47,508 bases of DNA from Candidatus Thorarchaeota archaeon (GCA_016839445.1 JAEOUG010000060.1:1-47508); one strand, 5' to 3'; counted from the stretch's first letter, positions 27,556-37,032 are shown. The notes: generated by a model from the letters alone, not told the origin. Made by a program: numbers and translations.

Positions 27556-27663
27556 GGGTCGGTAGTCTAGCTTGGTATGATTCTTGCTTGGGGTGACTGA
27601 TGACAATGGTCATCAGTCCTAGAATGCAAGAGATCGGGCGTTCAAGTCGCCCCCGGCCCACCA
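27556..27663 (+). tRNA. tRNA-Pro(GGG) with 31-nt intron at canonical position 37/38 (intron 27594..27624)
   Basis: GGGTCGGTAGTCTAGCTTGGTATGATT-CTTGC-TTGGGG[TGACTGATGAC-AATG-GTCATCAGTC-CTAGAA]T-GCAAG-AGATCGGGCGTTCAAGTCGCCCCCGGCCCACCA. Confidence 0.93.
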
Positions 27664-27680
27664 TCTTCTTCTTGTTCGGG

Positions 27681-28256
27681 TCACGGCTGAGACCCATGCT
27701 TGCTCCACATCACTTCATAGATTGGGCCCCTTGGAGTCAGAGTGCTCTTCATCAGATGAACTGAATTGACTGACATCTGTCCTAACACGGTCTCAGACAG
27801 GGATTGAAGATTGACTGCAAGCTTCTCTCGATTTTCCACATACCTAACTCTCGCTATCGTTGCATGGGGCGTGAATCGTTGTTTCTCCGGACTGAATCCA
27901 GTGGTCTTCAGCATGTCATCAATCTGCATCTTGAGTGAGACCATCTGTCCCTGGTTCTCACTCACACCAATCCAGATTACTCTTGGTCTGTGCACGTTAG
28001 GAAATGCTCCAACACCGCTAATCCCTACAGAGAACTTGTCAAAGCTCAGCTGGTCAAGGCACTGCTGTATCTCAGCCTTCTGACCAAGAGTGATATCTCC
28101 AAGGAAGCGGAGCGTGAAATGGATGTTCTCTGGTTCCACTAGCTTGAGTTTCGCGGCTCGCAAGTCGAGGGACCCCTGGACCGTCTTCAGTCCTGATAGA
28201 ATCTCCTTATCAGTAATGTTGACGCTGAGGAACGATCTTATGTCGCTGCTAATCAT
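27681..28256 (-). CDS. thpR: RNA 2',3'-cyclic phosphodiesterase (2'-5' RNA ligase, 2H family)
   Basis: Two HxT motifs (ENIHFTLRFLG; FTPHATIARV), FP...PRVIW, S.LTPRGPIY. The start is the ATG at 28256. Confidence 0.92.
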   Translation of the reverse strand: MISSDIRSFLSVNITDKEILSGLKTVQGSLDLRAAKLKLVEPENIHFTLRFLGDITLGQKAEIQQCLDQLSFDKFSVGISGVGAFPNVHRPRVIWIGVSENQGQMVSLKMQIDDMLKTTGFSPEKQRFTPHATIARVRYVENREKLAVNLQSLSETVLGQMSVNSVHLMKSTLTPRGPIYEVMWSKHGSQP

Positions 28257-28378
28257 CCTCACCCAGCCTGCTCTCACAGACCGGATGCGTATTAATGATG
28301 GCATGGCATTCCAATACACCTCAAAAGCAAGTCTTAAAGGACAAATCCTGAAGGAGGCAGCGGAGACAGAATGACACA

Positions 28379-29509
28379 TTGACGAAGCCCAAAGACGCTC
28401 CAGTGGAAGTACCTCCTGCGTCAAGGGGATCCACTAAGAAGACATCCCGGAGAAGGGGGCTAGAGTTCCCCAGCGCACGACAGGTTGTCGTCAGAGACGT
28501 CGGCTATCCCTTTAGGTTGAGGGGTGATCCCAAGCAGATGGGTCTTGAGGTGGACAACGAGGATTTGTTCGCCGACTATGCTCGAGAGCAGTGGATGGGC
28601 AGTGTCGTACGCCCGGGTCTCTATCTCTTCGACCGATACATCATTCCTGATTTTGCCTTTCAAGTAGTGGATGCAGAACCTCAGGAGTCGATTATCACGA
28701 AGGCAACTAGGATTATTCTCGCGTCTCCACTCGAAGCGGGTGCTGCGAACATTCCCTCGAAGATTGCTCTGGAGGATGTAGTCGGACATGAATCTGTGAA
28801 GAAGAAATGCAGGCTTGTCCTTGAGTACCTGGCAGAGCCTTCGAAGTTCGGTGAATGGGCCCCGCGTGCTATTCTCTTCCATGGGCCCCCCGGCACAGGG
28901 AAGACTCTCACTGCTCAGGCAGTGGCCAGTGAGGCAAACGCTCAGATATTCCTCGCTAAGGCCTCAGACCTCATCGGCGTTCACGTGGGTGATGGAGGAC
29001 GTAGAATCAACGCGCTCTTCGAAAACGCCCGCCTGAGAGCTCCAAGTATAGTCTTCATCGATGAACTTGACGCGATTGGACTTGCCAGGTCGTTTCAATC
29101 AATCCGTGGTGACGTTTCAGAGGTTGTCACATCGCTTCTTGGGGAACTTGACAGGACTAGCGAGGAGTCCGGCGTTGTGGTGGTAGGCGCAACCAATGCA
29201 TTAGCTCTTATTGACCCCGCGATTCGCAACAGGTTTGATAGCGTCTTCGAATTCGGACTACCGAGCATAGAAGAAAGGCTGGGGATTCTGGAGATGTATT
29301 CACGTCGACTTCCAATCCCGATAGAAGCCGACTTGAAGAGCATCGCCGCGATCACAGAAGGGTTCTCAGGGCGCGACCTTAGAGACCGAGTACTGAAGGA
29401 ATCATTACACGAAGCCATATGCAGCGGGGAATCCTTGATAACCGAAGATACAGTTCGTCGTGTTCTGGCGTCAATCAAGACTCCGCGTCGACCAGAGTAC
29501 TCAATCTAG
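28379..29509 (+). CDS. Archaeal AAA+ ATPase (COG1223-like)
   Basis: YAREQW.G..V..G.YLFD N-domain, FGEWAPRAILFHGPPGTGKT, FIDELDAI, LIDPAIRNRF. Confidence 0.88.
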   Translation: MTKPKDAPVEVPPASRGSTKKTSRRRGLEFPSARQVVVRDVGYPFRLRGDPKQMGLEVDNEDLFADYAREQWMGSVVRPGLYLFDRYIIPDFAFQVVDAEPQESIITKATRIILASPLEAGAANIPSKIALEDVVGHESVKKKCRLVLEYLAEPSKFGEWAPRAILFHGPPGTGKTLTAQAVASEANAQIFLAKASDLIGVHVGDGGRRINALFENARLRAPSIVFIDELDAIGLARSFQSIRGDVSEVVTSLLGELDRTSEESGVVVVGATNALALIDPAIRNRFDSVFEFGLPSIEERLGILEMYSRRLPIPIEADLKSIAAITEGFSGRDLRDRVLKESLHEAICSGESLITEDTVRRVLASIKTPRRPEYSI

Positions 29510-29524
29510 TTTCAGGGTGCTAGT

Positions 29525-30064
29525 ATGAAACTGATAATCGTCACCGGGATGCCTGGCGCAGGAAAGAGCGAAGTCGCAGACGCTTTCAGGCGTGCAGGCA
29601 TCAAGACAATCATCATGGGAGATGTTATTCGCGACGAAGCGCGAAGACGAGGTTTGGAGGCCAGTCCCGAGAACACGAGAAGGATCATGCTCGAACTAAG
29701 AGAGATTGACGGGCCTGGCGCAGTTGCGAAACGCTGTGTCGAGGACTTGAAGATCACTCAAGGCGATACTGTAGTCATCGAGGGATGTAGGAGCATCGCA
29801 GAAGTTGAGGTCTTTGAGGAAAATGCAGACCAAGTCATAATCATCTGCGTTCACTCAGCTCCTAGGACAAGGTACGAACGCCTCTGTTGCAGGAACCGGG
29901 ATGACGCACCCCCCTCCTGGCAGAACTTCCGCGAGCGTGACCTACGCGAGATATCAGTCGGTCTTGGTGGAGTCATTGCACTCAGCGAGATCATGATAGT
30001 CAATGACTCGAGTCTAGAACAGCTTCGCTTGGAAGCGAGCAGGCTCACAGAGAGGTTGGCCTGA
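29525..30064 (+). CDS. Archaeal nucleotide kinase-like protein (dephospho-CoA kinase-like, UPF0200)
   Basis: IIVTGMPGAGKS, MGDVIR, R.R.D, RD.REI..GLG.VIA. Confidence 0.85.
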   Translation: MKLIIVTGMPGAGKSEVADAFRRAGIKTIIMGDVIRDEARRRGLEASPENTRRIMLELREIDGPGAVAKRCVEDLKITQGDTVVIEGCRSIAEVEVFEENADQVIIICVHSAPRTRYERLCCRNRDDAPPSWQNFRERDLREISVGLGGVIALSEIMIVNDSSLEQLRLEASRLTERLA

Positions 30065-30065
30065 C

Positions 30066-30491
30066 TTGCAGGTCCGTATCCACAGCGTTGCCTATCCTAC
30101 TGAGGACATGCAGAGGGTTTCAAGAGCGATAGAGTCCATTCTTGGCAGAATACAGCTCTCCCATGCAGATGACGGCGAAGTCGTCAGATTGGATGGGACT
30201 CTGAATCAATCAGGCCTTCTTGGAGGGTTGCGCCAAGCTATTCATGACAGGAGAATAATCGACGCAGTCCGCTCAAGACTACAGAGGAATCGGGTTGAAA
30301 ACACGTCTCGCCTCATGTTCGACAAACAAGCGGCTTTGCAGGGGCGAGTCCGACTTCTCGATGACTCCATTGAGACTCCGCCACTAGGATCTATCCTGCT
30401 TGAGTTCAGGGCGGAATCGGAAACTGAGTTCAACTCATTCATGAACTGGTTTGTGCCCCCAACCGAGGATGGCAGAGTCGTGATGAATTAG
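30066..30491 (+). CDS. UPF0201/COG1931 putative RNA-binding protein
   Basis: YPTED..RV..AI, RIIDAVR, FDKQAA..GRV, PPLGSI, PPTEDG. It is the usual partner downstream of UPF0200. Confidence 0.8.
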   Translation: MQVRIHSVAYPTEDMQRVSRAIESILGRIQLSHADDGEVVRLDGTLNQSGLLGGLRQAIHDRRIIDAVRSRLQRNRVENTSRLMFDKQAALQGRVRLLDDSIETPPLGSILLEFRAESETEFNSFMNWFVPPTEDGRVVMN

Positions 30492-31510
30492 AGCACGACG
30501 GTGACAACTTCACGAACAAGGCCGCTATGGACCCTAATGCCAATCTCTCGTCCTATAGTGAACCCGGCCTCTCGGATGACTTCCGACAGTCCCATCTTCT
30601 GCGATCCACAGATGCATGTCGACTCACCTCTCTGTCGGACAATCGAGTCTAGATTTCTGACAAGCCCAGTGATTAGGTCGAGTGAGTGAAGACCTCTCGT
30701 TGAACTTGCTCTTCCATAGGGTGGATCCGTTACGAGAGCATCACATGCAATCACTGGACAGCTCCGGGCGTCGCCTTGAACGAGAAGGTAGTCTGCTTCG
30801 ACCTGGGACAGATTGACTCTTGCACCGACCAGCATTTTCCATTGAGAGTCCACACCTACTACCCTGGCTCCAAGAAGTGCGGCTTCGCATAGTATTCCAG
30901 CACCACCACAGAAGGGGTCCAGTACAGTGCCGCCGTCAGACACACCTGCAAGGTTGCACATCACTCGCGAGAGGGTTGCATTCATCATGCTAGGATGGAA
31001 GAACGGCTTCCTACCGGGTTCCCTGCCTCTCAAGAGCCGTCTGAGCACAGAGGGTTCAGAATCGCAGATGATTGTGGTCTTCGGATGAATGAAGACTCTA
31101 AGCAACGCAGCAGGATTGTCCAGGCTCACTTCAAGGCCCAGAAGACCCTGAATGTGCTTTCCCAGTTCCGTTTCCACTCCGACACGCTCGTTTCGAGGAA
31201 GCCCACCTTCGAGCGCCTGTGGCCGTATGGCGAATGTCTTCTTCCCTGGAACATGCTGTCTGAATACTTCCTCGGAGATTGTGTCTACCAACAGATCCGG
31301 TGAAGGAGCTTCACCAAGGACGATGCCCCCTTCCTGCACCAAGGCCGCCCTCTCTAGGATGAACCCGAGTGGATTGGCCGTGCAGTCAAGTACGGCCAGC
31401 CTCCCATACCAAGTGATATCAATATCATAGATCAGAAGTCTACAGACTGCCTCAAGTTCCGCCTTTGCCAGTTCGACATGCTCACCTGAGACATACACAC
31501 AGTATCTCAA
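30488..31510 (-). CDS. trm11: tRNA (guanine(10)-N2)-methyltransferase, THUMP + Rossmann MTase
   Basis: SGEH.ELAKAE, RKPFFHPSMM, VLDPFCGGAGIL, TDPPYGR, VHSGLVR. The likely start is the TTG at 31510. Confidence 0.87.
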   Translation of the reverse strand: MRYCVYVSGEHVELAKAELEAVCRLLIYDIDITWYGRLAVLDCTANPLGFILERAALVQEGGIVLGEAPSPDLLVDTISEEVFRQHVPGKKTFAIRPQALEGGLPRNERVGVETELGKHIQGLLGLEVSLDNPAALLRVFIHPKTTIICDSEPSVLRRLLRGREPGRKPFFHPSMMNATLSRVMCNLAGVSDGGTVLDPFCGGAGILCEAALLGARVVGVDSQWKMLVGARVNLSQVEADYLLVQGDARSCPVIACDALVTDPPYGRASSTRGLHSLDLITGLVRNLDSIVRQRGESTCICGSQKMGLSEVIREAGFTIGREIGIRVHSGLVREVVTVVL

Positions 31511-31520
31511 AGACCAATCA

Positions 31521-32285
31521 CTACTCGTAGAGGTTGTCCCCTCCGGAAAAAACTCTCTGCAATTCACCATAGACCGTATCAAAGCCACTCATGTCCTTAG
31601 CAGAAACCGGAATTGCCCCCGCAAGACTGCCAAGGTTTGTCAGCATTTCAAGGATGTATCTGGAGTATTCCCTCTTGATTCCCTCTGCGGTGCCATCTAG
31701 CGCCCCCTCAAGAAGGTAAGGTTCCTCGCCCCACTGCACAATCTCGTCAATCTCTTCCTCCATTAGGATGTCGGATTTGCTCAGGATGTTCAACTGAGGA
31801 AGCCCGAATCGAATGCCCAAGGACACTCCAAGAAGCATACACGAGAGATATCCGGAGGGAGTTCGGGAGATGTTTGCATCCAATAGATAAAGCGAGACTG
31901 CTGTATCACCCGCTGCCAGACCTGACACCATGAGGGGGCCGGAGTTTCTGTACGCGAAGAGCTCCATCTGACCTGGGCAATCAACTAGTACGTAGTCCCT
32001 TTCCGTTTCCAGAATCTCATCTCGAAGATCGTTCACTTGGCTGACAGCCATGTCAAGGGATGCAACCAAGGCTCCGTTCGGTCCCAGCCCAAATGACTCC
32101 ATTATCTCACCGTAGTCGACATACTCTCTGATGTCAACGTCGCTAGTGTAGGGCGGAGAATCGACTCCCGGGTCAAGATTCACAACAGCCACACTGAGAT
32201 CTGACCCTATCAGCCACTTCTCCAGAGATGATGTGAGCAGGGACTTACCGGATCCTGCAGTTCCTACTAGAAACACGAAGTACAT
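31521..32285 (-). CDS. GPN-loop GTPase
   Basis: GTAGSGKS, VNLDPG, GLGPNGAL (GPN motif), DCPGQMELF, LSKSD, VSA. Confidence 0.95.
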   Translation of the reverse strand: MYFVFLVGTAGSGKSLLTSSLEKWLIGSDLSVAVVNLDPGVDSPPYTSDVDIREYVDYGEIMESFGLGPNGALVASLDMAVSQVNDLRDEILETERDYVLVDCPGQMELFAYRNSGPLMVSGLAAGDTAVSLYLLDANISRTPSGYLSCMLLGVSLGIRFGLPQLNILSKSDILMEEEIDEIVQWGEEPYLLEGALDGTAEGIKREYSRYILEMLTNLGSLAGAIPVSAKDMSGFDTVYGELQRVFSGGDNLYE

Positions 32286-32422
32286 CTATTGAACCTTCGA
32301 GAAGAGAGAGTGCGAGCTCTTTGAGTTCTTCGGTACGAGTTGGGCTCACTGCATCGACACAGAACGAATCCATTTTCGTCGTGTGCACAATTCTTATCTA
32401 CATCCTGACTGGCAGAATGCGC

Positions 32423-33172
32423 ATGGAGTCCAGTGAGGCACTTCAACGGCTCGCAGAGGCCATGGCCGGAGAGATCTGTCTTGCTGAGAGCGACCCAGGT
32501 TCCGTGATGCGGAGCTGGCGTGAGAGATTCCATATATCACAGAAGAGCCTGGCTAAGCACCTGAGTGTTTCTCCGTCCGTGATAAGCGATTATGAGAGCG
32601 GTCGTCGCAAGTCGCCAAGAGTAGAAACTATCAAGCGATTCGTGGAAGGCCTCATTGAGATGGATGCAGCAGAGGGAGGTCGAGTAGCCATGGCGTTGGA
32701 GAAACTCATAGATCCTGAGATCACGTCAGATGCGATTCTCGACAGCAGGGAGTTCGGAGTTCCTGTCCCAGCTCGTCTTCTAGCCGAACATCTGGAATGC
32801 AGAATCCTTACCCACCCCAACCTACTAGACCGTGACATCTACGGCTATACTGCTCTTGACAGCGTAAAGGCAATAGTAAGCCTAACTCCACAGCAGCTTC
32901 TGAAGCTGTACGGAGGGACGACTCAGCGGGGTGCAATCCTTACCAATGTCACGACTGGTCGTTCCCCTATGGTGGCCATTAAGAGCAGTCAGATTGGCAC
33001 ATCAGCAGCAGTGAAGCCCGCTGTCGTAGTGCTTCAGGGTGTTAAGGAACTGGACCCTCTGGCTGTGAAGATTGCTGATAGCATTCATTTGCCCCTGTGC
33101 GTATCTGAGATCAGTTCGGCCGAGGAGCTTATTCGGCGGGTTCGGCAATTCGAACCGCTGTTATCAAAATAG
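32423..33172 (+). CDS. XRE-family HTH regulator (COG1709-like)
   Basis: AGEI...PG..MR.WR..F.ISQ..LA..L.VSPSVISDYESGRRKSP; YGYT.LDS.KAI; VTTGRSPMVAIK. Confidence 0.88.
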   Translation: MESSEALQRLAEAMAGEICLAESDPGSVMRSWRERFHISQKSLAKHLSVSPSVISDYESGRRKSPRVETIKRFVEGLIEMDAAEGGRVAMALEKLIDPEITSDAILDSREFGVPVPARLLAEHLECRILTHPNLLDRDIYGYTALDSVKAIVSLTPQQLLKLYGGTTQRGAILTNVTTGRSPMVAIKSSQIGTSAAVKPAVVVLQGVKELDPLAVKIADSIHLPLCVSEISSAEELIRRVRQFEPLLSK

Positions 33173-33186
33173 AGGAGCCCTTCTTT

Positions 33187-34482
33187 ATGGAGTTCACAAT
33201 GGAAATCAATGACCCCATTCACGGATTCATTGGACTCTCCGATATCGAGGCCAAGATAATCGATTCGGAAACATACCAACGACTGCGAAGGATTAAGCAA
33301 CTCTCTGGCGGCCACTTTGTCTATCCGACTGCCGAGCATACTCGTTTTGCTCATTGCATCGGAGCGATGTACGTCGCCGGATTGACAGCGCAGAGGCTGC
33401 TGAAGCAACTTGGGCTGGGCGACGATGTACTTCAGGAGGTCCGAATCGCCGGACTTCTGCATGATGTGGGTCATGGTCCATTCAGCCATGTCTTCGAGGA
33501 GTCCCTGCTGGAAAGCCGTGGTTGGAATCACGAGGATGTGACTGAATGGATCATTCTCACCAGTGAGCTAGCAGACATCTTGGGAGATGGTGGAATCTCC
33601 AAGAAACGAATAGCTGATTTGGTCAGAGGTCGCCGGAAGACGAAGAAGGATGCGGTGGTCAGTGGGATTGTAGCCGGTCAAGTGGACGCAGACAAGATGG
33701 ACTACCTCATTCGTGACTCATTCTACTGCGGCGTCAACTACGGACTGATCGACCTGCACAGACTGATAAACAGCCTGGAGTTCACCAAAGATTACATCAT
33801 GCAGTTCGACATCGCCGCCAGAGGCGCGCTAGAGGCCTTTCTAGTCGCTCGATATGAGATGTTCTTGAATGTCTACTACCACAAGACCGTGAGAAGCGTA
33901 GAAGTGATGCTGGTGAAGCTCATTAATGCGGCTGATAGTGTGTTGGCCCTTACTGGCTTCAAGACGCCCGAGGAGTTTCTCGAGCTAGACGACATGTCCC
34001 TTGTATCAAAGGTACGCAGAATCGATCCAAAGGAGTCAGATGATGCCGAAGAAGCACACAGAATGATGAGTCTCCTAGACTCTAGGATTCTCTACAAATC
34101 AGCTTTCGAGAAAGTCCTCCACACGGAAGACCGGTTTGTGTCCAAAGTCTTAACGAAGCCACGTGTCAGAGAGAGTATTCAAGATGAGATTGCATCAATT
34201 GCCGGCGTACCAGAAGAAGACGTGATCGTCGATGTTCCAACTCTCCCTTCTGTACCATACAATATCCATCAACTTGATCCAATGGAGATTGGTATCTTCG
34301 AGGTCGTCGATGGCAGGAGAGTCTCACGTAATCTGTCAGACTACTCCAACATCGCAGAGATGATGAAGGTCTATCTGGATGTGATTCGTGTCTACACCTT
34401 TGACAAACACCGTGCTAAGGTAGGTCGAGCGGCAAGAGAGGTCTTTGAAGAGGTTCCCGATACTGCCCTCATTCACATGTAA
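33187..34482 (+). CDS. HD-domain phosphohydrolase (COG1078, SAMHD1/dNTPase-like)
   Basis: INDPIHG, QRLRRIKQL, HTRFAHCIG, LLHDVGHGPFSH, DADKMDYL.RD, VYYHK. Confidence 0.92.
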   Translation: MEFTMEINDPIHGFIGLSDIEAKIIDSETYQRLRRIKQLSGGHFVYPTAEHTRFAHCIGAMYVAGLTAQRLLKQLGLGDDVLQEVRIAGLLHDVGHGPFSHVFEESLLESRGWNHEDVTEWIILTSELADILGDGGISKKRIADLVRGRRKTKKDAVVSGIVAGQVDADKMDYLIRDSFYCGVNYGLIDLHRLINSLEFTKDYIMQFDIAARGALEAFLVARYEMFLNVYYHKTVRSVEVMLVKLINAADSVLALTGFKTPEEFLELDDMSLVSKVRRIDPKESDDAEEAHRMMSLLDSRILYKSAFEKVLHTEDRFVSKVLTKPRVRESIQDEIASIAGVPEEDVIVDVPTLPSVPYNIHQLDPMEIGIFEVVDGRRVSRNLSDYSNIAEMMKVYLDVIRVYTFDKHRAKVGRAAREVFEEVPDTALIHM

Positions 34483-34511
34483 GAGTGTAGCGGGCAGTAA
34501 CCTCTGTGGTG

Positions 34512-34565
34512 ATTATATAGCCCTGGAACGGATGCTCTATTGACCTAACCGTTCCATACGGGGCT
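34512..34565 (+). promoter_or_regulatory. TATA box plus inverted repeat upstream of the roadblock operon
   Basis: ATTATATA at 34512-34519, then AGCCC-TGGAACGG-N17-CCGTTCCA-TACG-GGGCT. Confidence 0.45.
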
Positions 34566-34573
34566 GAATATTC

Positions 34574-35521
34574 TTGAGCGACGAACTAACGGAAACCCTG
34601 CAGAACATCAAGACTATCACTGGGGTAGAAAACGTTGTCCTGATTCAGAAGGATGGGCTTCCTGTGGCAAGCGCAGGAGTCTGGTTCAGCAAGGAGGAAG
34701 TATTCGCCGTCGCATCATCAACCTGCGCTATCTTTGGAGTGGCCCGTCTGATTCACGGGAGCTTTCGCTATTTGCTCATGGAGTCGGATACTTCCAAAGT
34801 CTTCCTTGCATCGTTGCCAAATGACCCAGACTACTTCCTCACTGTGACTACGGCGCCTCGTGTGAATCTGGCCGCGCTTTTCATTGAGATGAACGACAGC
34901 CTCTCTCGCCTCTCCTTTCTGCTTCGTCAGCACGTGGACGGCCGCTTACCTCCACTCCGTTCATACAGCTCCGAAGAAACCCAGAAGGTTCTGCAAGGCT
35001 TCGCAGTAGCTGAAGGCCGCGATACAACCTATGGAATGACAAGATCGATAATCTCGCTAGATAGATCACAGGCACTCACTCTAAGGGCTTTGCTTCGCCA
35101 AGTACATGACTCAATCCCAAACATCGAATCGGTGTTTCTCTCTCTTAGCGGAGGTGTGCGAGTCTCTCTCGAAGGCTTCACCAACGACCGCTTGGCTGCT
35201 ATGTCCTTTGCCCTCCACGATGCCTCTGAGAGAGTGGTGAGAACCCTCCGCAACAGCTCCCTTCAGACGGTTCTATGTGAGACCGAGTCAAGTAGGCATT
35301 TCATCTACTCGGTCCCGAACGGTGTCTTCAGTCTCTGGGTGGCAAAAGACAACCAGAAGCTCGGGCTGATGCGTCTACTGCTCAAACACTACATAGAGGA
35401 AACAAGACGTGTGCTAGCGGCCGCATCTGCCGCGAAGCCGGCAATCCCAGATGAGCTGAAGGAACTACTGCTCTCAAGATCTTCTGAGAGTGGCTTGATT
35501 GTATCGAGGAAAGACCCATGA
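34574..35521 (+). CDS. Tandem Roadblock/LC7 (MglB/LAMTOR-like) domain protein
   Basis: Domain 1: L..I..ITGVENVVLIQKDGLPVAS...VNLAALF.EM. Domain 2: LL.QV..SIPNIESVFLSLSGG...LAAMSFAL...KLGLMRLLL. Both fit the alpha-beta-beta-alpha-beta-beta-beta-alpha roadblock pattern. Confidence 0.8.
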   Translation: MSDELTETLQNIKTITGVENVVLIQKDGLPVASAGVWFSKEEVFAVASSTCAIFGVARLIHGSFRYLLMESDTSKVFLASLPNDPDYFLTVTTAPRVNLAALFIEMNDSLSRLSFLLRQHVDGRLPPLRSYSSEETQKVLQGFAVAEGRDTTYGMTRSIISLDRSQALTLRALLRQVHDSIPNIESVFLSLSGGVRVSLEGFTNDRLAAMSFALHDASERVVRTLRNSSLQTVLCETESSRHFIYSVPNGVFSLWVAKDNQKLGLMRLLLKHYIEETRRVLAAASAAKPAIPDELKELLLSRSSESGLIVSRKDP

Positions 35522-36438
35522 CATATACCATTCTGAGCCTCATTGAACTGATGGAAGACCAGTTCCCAGTACTACTCAATGCAGTCCTAGAGAGAATGCC
35601 AGTGCTCGTGGCAGGCGAAGACATAGAGCTAATCGACGATATTGCTGAGAGTCTAACCACTCTCTGTCCTCATCGTCTTCGTCTGATGTTCTGGCGTGAC
35701 TTCACATCAGAAGCTGACATTCTTTCTGTCTGGGAGGAAGAGAAACACGACTATGACGTGAGTCGGACTGTAGTCTGTGGTCTCTCATCAAACCTGAGGT
35801 TGGCACTGGAGAGAATAGCCCACTTCAATGGCTGGGTCTTGGCCATTCCACTGGGATCCAGAGTTCTGGGAATGAGTGTTGATGAAGGAATCCTTTCAGA
35901 AGTCACGGACCACGTACTCAAGAAGTCGCCAGACTGCGGGATTCTCAGAGTACGCTCTCCATCATCCATGGAATTCTCCATGAAATCGGGCACTGACAGC
36001 AGCCTGGCAGTGGAGAAGAAGACTGTAGAGAAGATTCTCGTAAGGAAGAAGCAATCACTTGAGAGGATACGACGTCTTCTCAGCAAATCCCTCAGAGGAC
36101 TGAATGTTTCTGATGCAATCATGAAGGCAGTGCTGAAGCTCGATGATGAGTCTGAGAAACTGACACAGGATGTCTTCGAGGAGGAAATCAGCAATTATGT
36201 CCATGCAGCCAGAAGGGCGGTCACTCTCCTCTCACGAATCCGCCTTGCGAGAGAGCTCGGTGCATCAACTACACTCACTGAACGCAACCTCTACGAGGCT
36301 ATCGGGTGGGACTCTGGTGAGATGCCGGACCTGATACGCTTCATTAGGGCAGAGTGGCATGAGGACTTCTCTGACTGCGTGAAGAGTGGGGCCCTCTCTG
36401 GATTGGGAGCGTGGGTTGACAGTATGTGGGGCGCATAG
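35518..36438 (+). CDS. Hypothetical protein with cDENN/folliculin-like N-terminal segment
   Basis: FPVLLNAVLERMPVLVAGEDIELIDDIAESLTTLCPHR resembles the cDENN 'LL.ALL.ER.I.....L....AL..LL.P' motif. It is translationally coupled to the roadblock gene (4-nt ATGA overlap). Confidence 0.5.
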   Translation: MTYTILSLIELMEDQFPVLLNAVLERMPVLVAGEDIELIDDIAESLTTLCPHRLRLMFWRDFTSEADILSVWEEEKHDYDVSRTVVCGLSSNLRLALERIAHFNGWVLAIPLGSRVLGMSVDEGILSEVTDHVLKKSPDCGILRVRSPSSMEFSMKSGTDSSLAVEKKTVEKILVRKKQSLERIRRLLSKSLRGLNVSDAIMKAVLKLDDESEKLTQDVFEEEISNYVHAARRAVTLLSRIRLARELGASTTLTERNLYEAIGWDSGEMPDLIRFIRAEWHEDFSDCVKSGALSGLGAWVDSMWGA

Positions 36439-36450
36439 GAGAGAACAAGG

Positions 36451-37032
36451 ATGATCATAGACTACGGCAATCGAACGATCGGTCTGAAGATTGTCTTCTT
36501 CGGACCCGCAATGAGCGGCAAGACTACCGCCATAAGATGGCTCTTCTCCGCTTTCGACTATAGCGACAAACTGACATCCATAGAGAACACTGTGGGAAGG
36601 ACCATGTTCTGCGACTTCGGGACTATACCTTTCCCGCTTAGCGCTGTGTGGTCAGTGAATGCACACATTTGGTCTGCGACAGGCCAGGACTTCTATCGGT
36701 CCACGCGAGAGGTTGTCCTTGTTGGGGCTGATGGTGTGGTGTTCATGGCCGATTCTCAGCGTCATCTATTGGACGAGAATCTCACAAGCTGGAATGAACT
36801 TATGGCCACCATGGCTGAGGAAACAAGGCCGCTTCCCCTGGTCATTTGTCTCAACAAGCAAGACATTCCTGGAGCCATTGAGGAAGAGGAGATTCGGCGT
36901 CACCTGAAGGTTCCGGGCTCTGTCCCCGTCTTCAAGAGCATCGCTAGTCAGGGTCACAGGATCTTGGACGCATTCGAGTATATCTTCCAGGCTGCCATGC
37001 GTGCCAGCACGTTGGTACAGCCTGTTTCATAG
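36451..37032 (+). CDS. MglA-type (Ras/Arf-superfamily) small GTPase
   Basis: N-terminus IDYGNRTIGLKIVFFG; G1 GPAMSGKT; switch I TVGRTMFCDF with intrinsic Arg; atypical G3 SATGQ (compare MglA TVPGQ); GADGVVFMADSQ; G4 NKQD; G5 SIA. Confidence 0.9.
   Translation: MIIDYGNRTIGLKIVFFGPAMSGKTTAIRWLFSAFDYSDKLTSIENTVGRTMFCDFGTIPFPLSAVWSVNAHIWSATGQDFYRSTREVVLVGADGVVFMADSQRHLLDENLTSWNELMATMAEETRPLPLVICLNKQDIPGAIEEEEIRRHLKVPGSVPVFKSIASQGHRILDAFEYIFQAAMRASTLVQPVS

Noticed and set aside
27556-28256. Functional link between the intron-containing tRNA-Pro and the adjacent 2'-5' RNA ligase
   Set aside because: The genes are convergent, and archaeal tRNA exon ligation is done by RtcB. Adjacency alone is not evidence.
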